A DNA stretch of 26,947 nucleotides from Myxococcota bacterium (GTDB lineage Bacteria; Myxococcota_A; Polyangia; Polyangiales; Sandaracinaceae), in assembly GCA_036149055.1 (NCBI GenBank), contig JAYZQJ010000003.1, positions 1-26,947 of the forward strand, given 5' to 3'. Positions within the stretch are counted from its first letter, which is position 1. Every line of letters starts with the position of its first letter. Shown here in pieces: positions 1 to 7,901 of the stretch. The notes under the pieces were generated by a model. The model did not search any database, was not told the DNA's origin, and saw only the letters and a program-made list of their open reading frames with translations. Made by a program: the position numbers and the translations under genes.

Positions 1-186
1 CCAATGGGGGGAGGGTTTGCCCCAAACCCTCCAGCAAGAAGCAGCGCGAGCCGCAGGGCCCCCAGCGCCCCGCGCTGGGGTCGCGGGGCCAGCGCGCGAA
101 GCGCGCGAGGCCCCGACGGAGTCGGGAGGGGGGCCCCATTGGGCTTTGCCCAATGGGGGGAGGGTTTGCCCCAAACCCTCCAGCAA
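1..186. repeat. REP/BIME-like multi-hairpin tandem repeat, 149-bp period, truncated by the window edge
   Basis: Bases 1-37 are identical to 150-186 (CCAATGGGGGGAGGGTTTGCCCCAAACCCTCCAGCAA). Perfect hairpins occur at 10-32, 60-80, 92-106, 112-126, 134-158 and 159-181. The repeat ends 1 nt from the stop codon of the gene at 188. Confidence 0.85.
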
Positions 187-187
187 A

Positions 188-2770
188 TCACAGAATGTCG
201 TATTCCTTCAGCCGCCGATAGAACGTGCGGCGGGCCATGCCCAGGGCCTTGGCGGCGCGGACGCGGTTCCAGCTCTCGGCCTCGAGGGCCTCGAGGATGC
301 GGCGCTTCTCGGCGTCCTTGAACTCCTCGACGCTCGACGGGGGAGGGGCCTCCATGGCGGTCGGGGGGCGGGACGCGCCGGGCTGGGAGAGCGCCTTCTC
401 GAGACGCGGCGGGACCGGGAGGCTGGTGCCGTCGTCGGCGAGGGCGAGGTCGTCGAGATCGATCACGTCGCCCTCCGCCATCACCCAGGCGTTGAGCAGG
501 AGGTGCTCGAGCTGCCGGACGTTGCCGGGGAGAGGGTGGGTCGCGATGCGGCGGATGGCCTCGCGGGAGATGCGCTTGGGGGGCGCGTCGTCGCGCTCGG
601 CGAAGACGGCCAGGAAGTGCTCGCAGAGCAGGGGGATGTCCTCCACGCGCTCGCGGAGCGGGGGCAGCTGGAGCTGCACGACGTTGAGCCGGTAGAAGAG
701 GTCCTCGCGGAACTCGCCGCCGTCGACGAGCTTCTCGAGCGACTTGTTGCTCGCCGCGATGACCCGGATGTCGACCTGCACCTCGTGCTCGCCGCCGACC
801 GGACGGACCTTGCGATCCTGCAGGACGCGCAGGAGGTCGACCTGCATCTTGGCCGGCATGTCCCCGACCTCGTCGAGGAAGAGGGTCCCGCCGGACGACT
901 TCACGATCACGCCCTCCCGGTCGCGGTCGGCGCCGGTGAAGGCGCCGCGCACGTGGCCGAAGAGCTCGCTCTCGAGGAGGGCCTCGGGGATCGCCGCGCA
1001 GTTCAGGGCCACGAACGGCTCGCGGGAGCGGCGGCCGCTGAAGTGGATGGCGCGCGCGATGAGCTCCTTGCCGGTGCCGCTCTCGCCCTGGATCACGACC
1101 GGGACCTCGGCGTCGCGCACCCGGTCGATCACCGCGAACACGCGCCGCATGCGCTCGCTGCGGCCGACGATGCCGTGGCGGTCGTTGGCGGCGCGGAGCG
1201 CCTCGCGGGCGCGGACCAGCTCGCTCTTCGCCTCCTCGAGCTCCACCGTGCGCGCGTCGAGCAGCCGCTCGATCTCCTCCTTCGCGCCGGCGAGCTCCTC
1301 GTTGGCGCGCTCGAGCTCCTCGCGCCGCGCGTCGAGGCTGGCCAGGAGCCGGGCGTTCTCGAGCGCGATCGCCGCCTGATCCGCGAACGCCAGCAGGAGA
1401 TCGAGGTCGGCCTCGCCGAAGCGCCCGCGGCGCATGCGGTGCTCGAGGTAGAGCACGCCGACCGTGCCCGAGCGCCCGCGGATCGGCAGGCACGCGACCG
1501 ACTTGAGCATCAGCTTGTGCACCGAGAGGTACTCGCTGAGCCGCATGTCGTTGCGGGCGTCCACCGTCAGGATGGGCTCGCCGTCGATGAGCACGGCCTC
1601 CGCGATCGAGCGGCTGAAGGCCACGTGCGGGTCGTCGGGGTTCGCCGCGTCGCGCACCGTGTGCGGCAAGAGCACGTCGTCCTCGTCGATGAGGAGCACG
1701 AAGCCGCGCTCGGCGCCGCTCAGCTCGATCGCGCAGTCGGTGATGCGCTCGAGCACGCGGTCCACGTCGGTCTCGCTCGCGAGGCGCTTGAGGATCTCGA
1801 GCAGACGGGCGAGCCGTCCGTCGGCGAAGGGATCGGTCGGCTGCGGGCGAGGGCGGCGATCCCCTTCACCGGCGGCGCGGCGGCGCACGTGCTGCCTCCG
1901 CGCGTCGTTCCAGAAGCTCTCCCGGTGCTCGCGGGCGAGCGCGGTTGCGAGCGACTCGAGCACCTCGACCGCCTGCTCCCAGCTCCGCCGGGCGAGGAAC
2001 TCCGCGCCGCGCTGCTCGTGCAGCCGCGCGAGCGCCGCGAACGCCTGCCAGGCCAGGTCGCGCGGGCCGTTCGCGAGCGCGCCGAGGAGCCGCTCGAGCT
2101 CGGTCACCGCGCCGTCGATGTCGCCGTTCGCGCCGCGCGCCCGCGCGAGCAGCAGCGCGAGCCGCTGGCGGAGACGCTCGAGCCCGCCGCCCTCGATGTG
2201 ATCGCGCGCCTCCGCCAGCCGGGCCGCCGCCGCCGAGCTGTCGACCGGGCCGTCGCGATCGAGCAAGGCCTCGGCGGCGTCGAGGTAGGCGAGGGCGAGC
2301 GGCTCGGCGGCGTCCTCGCACTCGCGCAGCTCCCCGATCGCCTCGTCGAAGCGGCGCAGCGCCTCCTCGACGTCCCCGGCGCTCGCGGCCACCCGGCCCA
2401 GGGTGCGCCGCGCGACCGAGCGAGCCTCGGCCGGCGCCGTCCGCTGGTCGAGCACGCTGCGGGCCTCGTCGGCGGCCTCCGTCGACTGGCCGAGCCAGGC
2501 ACGCGCCTCGGCGCGGCGGGCGTGGATGAGGGCCGCCTCGGCGGTGGCGTCCGCCTCGCCCGCGTGGGCCAGCGCCCGCTCGAACAGCTCGAGCGCGCGC
2601 CGCGGCGCCTCCCGGGCCATCTCCACCCGCGCGAGATCACGGGCCAGCCGCGCCGCGCTCGCCGGATCCGCGCCCTCGACCGCGCGCTCGAACAGCGCGT
2701 CGAGCGCCTCGGCCGCCTCGGCGAGGCGCCCCTCCAGCCAGTGCGCCCGCCCCTCCTCGAAGCCAACCAT
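188..2770 (-). CDS. Sigma54-dependent enhancer-binding protein (TPR-like helical N-terminus, GAF, coiled coil, AAA+, Fis-type HTH)
   Basis: Walker A GESGTGKE, ESELFGHVRGAFTGA loop, Walker B LFLDEVGD, FREDLFYRLNV, GNVRQLE and C-terminal HTH NRVRAAKALGMARRTFYRRL. GAF segment runs from AERGFVLL to FADQAAIALENARL. 860 aa. Confidence 0.95.
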   Translation of the reverse strand: MVGFEEGRAHWLEGRLAEAAEALDALFERAVEGADPASAARLARDLARVEMAREAPRRALELFERALAHAGEADATAEAALIHARRAEARAWLGQSTEAADEARSVLDQRTAPAEARSVARRTLGRVAASAGDVEEALRRFDEAIGELRECEDAAEPLALAYLDAAEALLDRDGPVDSSAAAARLAEARDHIEGGGLERLRQRLALLLARARGANGDIDGAVTELERLLGALANGPRDLAWQAFAALARLHEQRGAEFLARRSWEQAVEVLESLATALAREHRESFWNDARRQHVRRRAAGEGDRRPRPQPTDPFADGRLARLLEILKRLASETDVDRVLERITDCAIELSGAERGFVLLIDEDDVLLPHTVRDAANPDDPHVAFSRSIAEAVLIDGEPILTVDARNDMRLSEYLSVHKLMLKSVACLPIRGRSGTVGVLYLEHRMRRGRFGEADLDLLLAFADQAAIALENARLLASLDARREELERANEELAGAKEEIERLLDARTVELEEAKSELVRAREALRAANDRHGIVGRSERMRRVFAVIDRVRDAEVPVVIQGESGTGKELIARAIHFSGRRSREPFVALNCAAIPEALLESELFGHVRGAFTGADRDREGVIVKSSGGTLFLDEVGDMPAKMQVDLLRVLQDRKVRPVGGEHEVQVDIRVIAASNKSLEKLVDGGEFREDLFYRLNVVQLQLPPLRERVEDIPLLCEHFLAVFAERDDAPPKRISREAIRRIATHPLPGNVRQLEHLLLNAWVMAEGDVIDLDDLALADDGTSLPVPPRLEKALSQPGASRPPTAMEAPPPSSVEEFKDAEKRRILEALEAESWNRVRAAKALGMARRTFYRRLKEYDIL

Positions 2771-2846
2771 GGGCCCATGCTGGCACGCGGCTCATGCTTG
2801 CACAAGCAGGCACGTGCCAGGGCGCGGGGCACATTGTGCCGGATTG

Positions 2847-3917
2847 TTACTCGTCGGACTCCGCCGCGTCGTCCTCGTCGCCGTCGCCCGCGATGGAGCC
2901 GGGCCCCTCGTCGTCGACCGCGGCCGCGCCTTCGCCCGCCTCTTCGCCTCCGTCGTCGCCGCCCATGCCGGCCCGCCGGACCTGCTCGCGCGTGGCGTCG
3001 TCCGGCGCGCTCTGGCCGCGACGCTGATATCGGGGCGCCTCGCCGGGCCGCGACCAGTCGACCCAGTAGGCGCTGCGGTCCCGGACGTCGATGTGCACGA
3101 AGTGGCTGCGCGGGTAGAAGCCGACCCCGACCCGGTCGAAGCTCCGCAGGTAGTCGCGGACGGCGTGGTTCGGCACACCTCGCACCCGGATGTCGAGCGC
3201 GTGGCCGCGGGTGTGCCGGCTGCTCTCGCGGGTGTTGCCGCCGGAGTGGCGGTAGCCGCTGACGATCGTGATCTGGCGCCCCCCGAAGTGATCGGACACC
3301 CGGGCGAGGATCTCGACCAGCCGCGCCGGGGGGAGAGGCCCGAGCCGGCCGTTCCGACCCTGGAGGCGCGGGCGCATCATCTCGCGGAGCCGGCGCCGGG
3401 CGACCCTTCGGGCCCGGCCGCGGCGGTCGACCAGCCGGACGCGCAGCCGGCGATCGAGGGTGCGGCGGTAGAGCACGGCCACTCCCGGGTTGCGCGGCTC
3501 GCCCCAGCGGCGGGCGGCCTGCTGCCGCTCCTCGCTCGCGTCGAACCCGGGCAGCCGGAGGCGCTGGCCGATCTGGAGCGTGGAGCCCGCGCGCAGCCGG
3601 TTCAGGCGTCGCAGATCGGCCACGCTGCACTCGTGGTCGCGCGCGATGCTCGCCAGCGTGTCCCCCCGCGCGACGTAGTGGACGCCGCGCTCGGGGATGC
3701 GGAGCACCTGACCGGGCTGGAGCTGCGCGTTGCGCGACAGCCCGTTCGCGGCCGCGAGGCTGGCCACGCTGACCTGATGCCGCCGCGCGATGCGCGCGAG
3801 GCTCTGGCCGGAGCGCACCGTGTGCTCGCGCTGAGCCTCGGCGAGCCCGGCGGTGAGCGAGAGCGCGAAGAAGGAGAGGAGGGCGGCGAGCCAGCCGCTG
3901 CGGAGAGCCGTTGCCAT
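2847..3917 (-). CDS. Secreted 2xLysM plus peptidase M15/DUF882 (YcbK/MepK-like) peptidoglycan hydrolase
   Basis: Signal peptide ending ...AGLAEA. Two LysM repeats (HTVRSGQSLARIARRH...QPGQVLRIP and HYVARGDTLASIARDH...QIGQRLRLP). M15 motifs VSGYR, SRHTRGHALDI (HxxxxxxD) and GVGFYPRSHFVHIDVR. Acidic C-terminal tail. Confidence 0.88.
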   Translation of the reverse strand: MATALRSGWLAALLSFFALSLTAGLAEAQREHTVRSGQSLARIARRHQVSVASLAAANGLSRNAQLQPGQVLRIPERGVHYVARGDTLASIARDHECSVADLRRLNRLRAGSTLQIGQRLRLPGFDASEERQQAARRWGEPRNPGVAVLYRRTLDRRLRVRLVDRRGRARRVARRRLREMMRPRLQGRNGRLGPLPPARLVEILARVSDHFGGRQITIVSGYRHSGGNTRESSRHTRGHALDIRVRGVPNHAVRDYLRSFDRVGVGFYPRSHFVHIDVRDRSAYWVDWSRPGEAPRYQRRGQSAPDDATREQVRRAGMGGDDGGEEAGEGAAAVDDEGPGSIAGDGDEDDAAESDE

Positions 3918-4118
3918 GACGCGGCGACAGGGCTACGGGGAGGGCGCGGTCTGCGCAAGGAGCGGGTAGTTTTTTGGCGCGCGCGGCCTCGGGTGCGAGC
4001 TTCGACCGGTCGCGTCGCTCGTTGACAACCGAGAGGATCGCTCGAGGGTCTCTCCCAGATCGCGGCGGAAGGCCCGCCGATCGCCCCCCGAAACGCGGTG
4101 GGGCTCGAAACTGGCCTC

Positions 4119-4146
4119 AATTACGCTTAAATTAGGCGTAATTACG
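4119..4146. promoter_or_regulatory. AT-rich palindromic operator-like site
   Basis: AATTACGCTTAA-A-TTAGGCGTAATT (4119-4143) has dyad symmetry at 11 of 12 positions. It overlaps the perfect palindrome CGTAATTACG (4137-4146). It lies in the most conspicuous AT-rich island of the window, between divergent genes. Confidence 0.6.
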
Positions 4147-4166
4147 TGCAAATTATTCACTATTTC

Positions 4167-4194
4167 TTGACGATCAGGGGAATCAGGTAATGAT
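4167..4194 (+). promoter_or_regulatory. Putative sigma70-type promoter for xre-pilMNOP
   Basis: -35 TTGACG at 4167-4172, 16-nt spacer, weak -10 AATGAT at 4189-4194, with an AT-rich upstream tract. Confidence 0.4.
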
Positions 4195-4228
4195 GAGCAC
4201 CGGCGCGGGAAACCCGCCGTGGAGCCCC

Positions 4229-4681
4229 ATGGAGCACGAGGACGAGTCGCCGATGCTCGAGGTACCGCACCCCAGCGAGACCCGACGCACCCGTGTCGAG
4301 AACGCGGCGGCGAGCGACGGTGGAGGCGCCGTCGCGGATCACGGCGCGCGCGGCGCGTCGGAGCAGACGCCCACCGCCAGCTCCGAGCGCGGCCCGGAGC
4401 GCGGCCCGGAGCGGCTGGACGGGGAGGGCGCCAAGAAGAAGGCGCCCAAGAAGAAGCGGCCGAAGAAGGGCCCGGGCTCCAACCCCAACAACGTGCGCAA
4501 GCTGCGCATCGAACGGATGATGTCCAAGGCGGAGCTGGCCCGTCGCGCGAACCTCTCGGTGTTGACGATCGATCGCGTCGAGAAGGGCTACGGCTGCCGC
4601 ATGGACACCAAGCGGAAGATCCTCGAGGCCCTCGGTTTGAGCCTCGGCGACCGCGTCCGCGTGTTCGGCGAGGAGGAGTAG
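4229..4681 (+). CDS. XRE-family helix-turn-helix protein with a disordered N-terminal extension
   Basis: C-terminal NNVRKLRIERMMSKAELARRANLSVLTIDRVEKGYGCRMDTKRKILEALGL is a Cro/C1-type HTH. The start is uncertain (ATG at 4190, 4193, 4229 or 4253). 4229 was chosen because of GGAG at 4221-4224 and the upstream promoter candidate. Confidence 0.88.
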   Translation: MEHEDESPMLEVPHPSETRRTRVENAAASDGGGAVADHGARGASEQTPTASSERGPERGPERLDGEGAKKKAPKKKRPKKGPGSNPNNVRKLRIERMMSKAELARRANLSVLTIDRVEKGYGCRMDTKRKILEALGLSLGDRVRVFGEEE

Positions 4682-4788
4682 ATGCCCGCCGATGCACCCC
4701 AGAATCGCGCTTTGTAGAAAAGAAGCGGTCTCCGCGCGCCCATGTAATCCTTCCTCGGTGCCGAACCTGGCACGGGATGGGGCGTAGG

Positions 4789-5841
4789 ATGTCGGAAGGC
4801 AAGAACCTGGTCGGAGTCGACATCGGCTCGCATTCGATCAAGGTCGCGGAGATCAAGGAGAAGCGGGGCGGCGCCCGCTCCCTCGTGCGCTTCGGGTATC
4901 ACCCGCTCCCGAGCGACACGATCGTCGACGGCCACATCATCAACTCCGGCGCCGTGATCGAGGGGCTGCAGAAGCTCTTCCACAAGGCGCGCCGGAAGGA
5001 CGTCGCGCTCCGGGTCAGCGGTCACTCCGTGATCATCAAGAAGATCACGATGCCGCAGATGACCATCGCGGAGCTCCAGGAGCAGATCACCTGGGAAGCC
5101 GAGCAGCACATCCCCTTCGATCTCGCCGAGGTGCAGATCGACTGGCAGGTGCTGCAGCAGCGTCCGGATCAGGGGCAGATGGAGGTCCTCCTCGTCGCCG
5201 CGAAGAAGGAGGAGATCAACGATCTCACCAACCTCGCGGTCGAGGCGAAGCTCAAGCCGAAGGTCGTCGACCTCGACGCCTTCACCGTGCAGAACGCCTT
5301 CGAGGCCGGCTACGGCCCGCCGCCCGCCGATCAGACGGTGGTGCTGCTCCACGTCGGGGCCTCGCTGACGACGCTGAACATCCTCGCGGACGGCTCGACC
5401 TCGTTCACGCGCGACATCGCCAACGGCGGCAACCAGATCACCGAGGAGATCCAGCGCAGCCTCGGGATCAGCGCCGAGGAGGCCGAGGCCTACAAGTGCG
5501 GCGGCGACGGGCGCGGGCTCGTGCCGCGCGAGGTGCCGGAGATCATCGGCACGGTGGTCGAGCAGCTCGCGGGCGAGATCCAGCGCTCCCTCGACTTCTA
5601 CCTGGCGACGAGCGGCGGCGGCGAGATCAGCCGGGTGCTCGTCTCGGGCGGCACCGCGAACATTCGCGCGCTGCTCGACGCCATCGAGCGCCGCTGCCGC
5701 GTGCCGGTCGAGCGCCTCGATCCTCTCCGTGTCGCGACCCCGGACAAGGGGGTCGACCCCGCGCTGCTGCAGGCGCGGGCTCCAGAGTCCGCGGTCGCCA
5801 TCGGTCTGGCGCTCCGCAAAGAACGGGAGAAGCGGGCATGA
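4789..5841 (+). CDS. pilM: Type IV pilus assembly protein PilM (actin/FtsA-like)
   Basis: VGVDIGSHSIKVAE, VIIKKITMP, WEAEQHIPF, EIQRSLDFY, VSGGTA and AIGLALR motifs. First gene of the MNOPQ order. Alternative ATG at 4777. Confidence 0.96.
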   Translation: MSEGKNLVGVDIGSHSIKVAEIKEKRGGARSLVRFGYHPLPSDTIVDGHIINSGAVIEGLQKLFHKARRKDVALRVSGHSVIIKKITMPQMTIAELQEQITWEAEQHIPFDLAEVQIDWQVLQQRPDQGQMEVLLVAAKKEEINDLTNLAVEAKLKPKVVDLDAFTVQNAFEAGYGPPPADQTVVLLHVGASLTTLNILADGSTSFTRDIANGGNQITEEIQRSLGISAEEAEAYKCGGDGRGLVPREVPEIIGTVVEQLAGEIQRSLDFYLATSGGGEISRVLVSGGTANIRALLDAIERRCRVPVERLDPLRVATPDKGVDPALLQARAPESAVAIGLALRKEREKRA

Positions 5842-6482
5842 TCCGCATCAATCTCCTCCCTGGCGCGCGTCGGCAGTCGGCCTCGGGCGGCGGCGGCAGC
5901 CAGGGCTGGATCATCGCCTACCTCGTGGCCGCGGTGCTCACCATCGTGGTGCTCGTCGTGGTCTACATGGGCAAGAACCGCGAGCTCGAAGAGCAGGTCA
6001 CGCGGAACAGCGCCCTGGCCAGCCAGGCCGAGGAGCTCGAGCAGCAGTCGGCCAACATCGAGGCGGTCCGCGCGGAGCTCGAGCAGAGCCGTCAGCTCGA
6101 GAACGTGGTCAGCGAGCTGCAGCGCGCGCGCTACGGCCCGACCGCGGTGCTCATGGAGATGTCGCGCATCCTCAGCGTCGGCGGCGGCCCCACGGTCGAC
6201 CCGCAGCGCCTCGAGGAGATCCGCCGCCGCAACCCGCTCGCCGGCGTGAACGCCAACTGGGATCCGCGGCGGCTTTGGCTCCGCGAGTTCCGCGAAGAGG
6301 ACCGCGAGTGCTCGGTGACCGGGCAGGGGCGGACCAACGAGGACGTCGCCGAGTTCCTGAAGCGGCTGACCCTCAGCGAGAAGTTCGAGGAGGTGCGCCT
6401 GGTGAAGACCGAGCACACCGAAGACAACGAAACCGGGCTCGACCTGATCGCGTTCGAGCTCGACTGCCGGGTGATCTACTGA
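5838..6482 (+). CDS. pilN: Type IV pilus assembly protein PilN
   Basis: N-terminal MIRINLLP PilM-binding motif, one TM helix, coiled coil and NEDVAEFLKRL. ATGA overlap with the pilM stop. Confidence 0.95.
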   Translation: MIRINLLPGARRQSASGGGGSQGWIIAYLVAAVLTIVVLVVVYMGKNRELEEQVTRNSALASQAEELEQQSANIEAVRAELEQSRQLENVVSELQRARYGPTAVLMEMSRILSVGGGPTVDPQRLEEIRRRNPLAGVNANWDPRRLWLREFREEDRECSVTGQGRTNEDVAEFLKRLTLSEKFEEVRLVKTEHTEDNETGLDLIAFELDCRVIY

Positions 6483-7126
6483 TGGCGACCGCGAAATCCA
6501 GCGGAGATCAGTCGTTCGCGCGCCTCCCCGCCGCGGCCAAGGCCGGGCTCGGGGTGGGGCTCGTGGCGCTCATCTGCGCCGTCTACTACTTCGCGCTGCA
6601 CCTCAGCCTCGACGAGGACATCGAGGGGGCCCGCTTCCAGCACGTGCAGCTGGAGACGCGCATGACGCAGGCGCGCGAGCGGAACGCGGAGTACGTGCGG
6701 CTGCGCGAGCAGCTCAGCCAGCGCGAGGGGCTGGACCGCGCGAACCTCCGGGCGCTCCCGCAGGACGCGGAGACCGCCGCCTTCCTCCAGGACCTCAACC
6801 GCATCGCGGAGCTCAGCGGCCTGCAGATCCGGCTGGTCGAGCCGCGCCCCGAGGAGCCGGACGAGCACTACGTCAAGCTCCCGGTCAGCCTCCAGCTCAC
6901 CGGCAAGTACCACCAGGTCAGCCGCTTCTTCTACAACGTCAGCCGCCTCGACCGCCTGATCAGCATGGAGAACATCCACCTCTCCAACCCGCGGGCCGAG
7001 GCGAACGAGCAGACCGACGGCTCCACCGTGGTGGACGTCGACGTGCTCGCGACCACCTACCGTCGTCCGGACGAGCCGGAGCCGCAGGCCGCGGCGCCGG
7101 CGCCGGCCGCAGCCCCGGGGACCTGA
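6482..7126 (+). CDS. pilO: Type IV pilus assembly protein PilO
   Basis: TM helix, coiled coil, ALPQDAETAAFLQDL...SGL and YVKLPVSLQLTGKYHQVSRFFYNVSRLDRLI. TGATG overlap with the pilN stop. Confidence 0.95.
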   Translation: MATAKSSGDQSFARLPAAAKAGLGVGLVALICAVYYFALHLSLDEDIEGARFQHVQLETRMTQARERNAEYVRLREQLSQREGLDRANLRALPQDAETAAFLQDLNRIAELSGLQIRLVEPRPEEPDEHYVKLPVSLQLTGKYHQVSRFFYNVSRLDRLISMENIHLSNPRAEANEQTDGSTVVDVDVLATTYRRPDEPEPQAAAPAPAAAPGT

Positions 7127-7127
7127 G

Positions 7128-7778
7128 ATGCGGAAGACGACCCAGACGCTGCTCGCCTGCGCGCTCCTGCTCGGCCTCGCCGGCTGCGAGGAGGAGCCCA
7201 TCCGGGTAGGGCGCTCGTTCCAGCCTCAGGAGCCGGTCGCGCCGGTCGCGCCGGGCGCCGCCCCGGGGGCGGAGGGCGCCGAGGAGGCGGACGCGGGCAT
7301 CGCGCTGCCGCAGTACCGAGACGAGGACTTCGTCGAGGCCGACAGCAACCGCGACCCCTTCCACTCCTACGCGTCGATGTTCGTCTCGCGCGGCAGCGAG
7401 CCCGACCGCGGGAGCGGCCGCGACGTGGTCATGCCCGAGACCAGCATCGACGAGATGCGCCTCCTCGGCATCGTCAGCGGCGTCTCCAACCCGCGCGCGA
7501 TGCTCGCGAACGCCGAGGGCGTCGGGCACACGGTCCGCCGCGGCGACTACATCGGCCGGTCCGAGGTGGTCCAGGCGGGCGGGACCGAGAGCCTGCCGGT
7601 CACGCTGAACTGGCGGGTCGACCGCATCCGGCCGGACTCGATCATCCTCGTCCGCGAGGATCCGACGGCGCCGAACCGGCCGCCGCTGACCCGCGTCATC
7701 CCGCTGCGCAGCGAGGACGAAGACGTCGCCCGGGGTGAGCTCCGGACCCGCACCGGGGCCGAGCCCGCCGCCGACTGA
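7128..7778 (+). CDS. pilP: Type IV pilus assembly lipoprotein PilP
   Basis: Lipobox LAGC, RDPF motif and MRLLGIV...RAML...GHTVRRGDYIG. Located between pilO and pilQ. Confidence 0.93.
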   Translation: MRKTTQTLLACALLLGLAGCEEEPIRVGRSFQPQEPVAPVAPGAAPGAEGAEEADAGIALPQYRDEDFVEADSNRDPFHSYASMFVSRGSEPDRGSGRDVVMPETSIDEMRLLGIVSGVSNPRAMLANAEGVGHTVRRGDYIGRSEVVQAGGTESLPVTLNWRVDRIRPDSIILVREDPTAPNRPPLTRVIPLRSEDEDVARGELRTRTGAEPAAD

Positions 7779-7799
7779 CCTCGCCTCAACCCCTCTTCG

Positions 7800-7835
7800 C
7801 GGCCGCGCCTCACTTCGAGACGCGGCCGTTTTTTT
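7800..7835 (+). terminator. Intrinsic terminator between pilP and pilQ
   Basis: Stem CGGCCGCG (7800-7807) / CGCGGCCG (7821-7828) with additional inner CTC/GAG pairs, followed immediately by seven T residues (7829-7835). Confidence 0.75.
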
Positions 7836-7901
7836 GCGCCCCATCGCCCTCGCCCGCGAAGATTTCATTCGCATCCGTCCGAACGACGACGAGAGGAGCT
7901 C

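Noticed and set aside
17..3262. 1081-aa plus-strand ORF
   Set aside because: Antisense shadow of the enhancer-binding protein and LysM genes. High-GC codon bias removes stops on the opposite strand and no domain motifs are present.
4021..4050. Perfect TTGACA -35 hexamer at 4022-4027
   Set aside because: No acceptable -10 element at 16-18 nt on either strand.
4201..4219. Small hairpin GCGGG-AAA-CCCGC considered as part of a c-di-GMP riboswitch
   Set aside because: Too short, and the second stem and conserved riboswitch nucleotides are not evident.
4768..4785. Sigma54 promoter upstream of pilM (TGGCACGGGATGGGGC)
   Set aside because: The -24 box matches, but GG to GC spacing is 11 rather than 10, there is no TTGC, and it lies too close to the start codon.
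4219..4788. N-terminal extension of PilM suggested by the ORF track (540 aa)
   Set aside because: It overlaps the XRE gene in another frame. PilM similarity starts at MSEGKNLVGVDIG (4789). The same applies to the track extensions of pilN, pilO, the PEGA gene and the zinc-ribbon gene.
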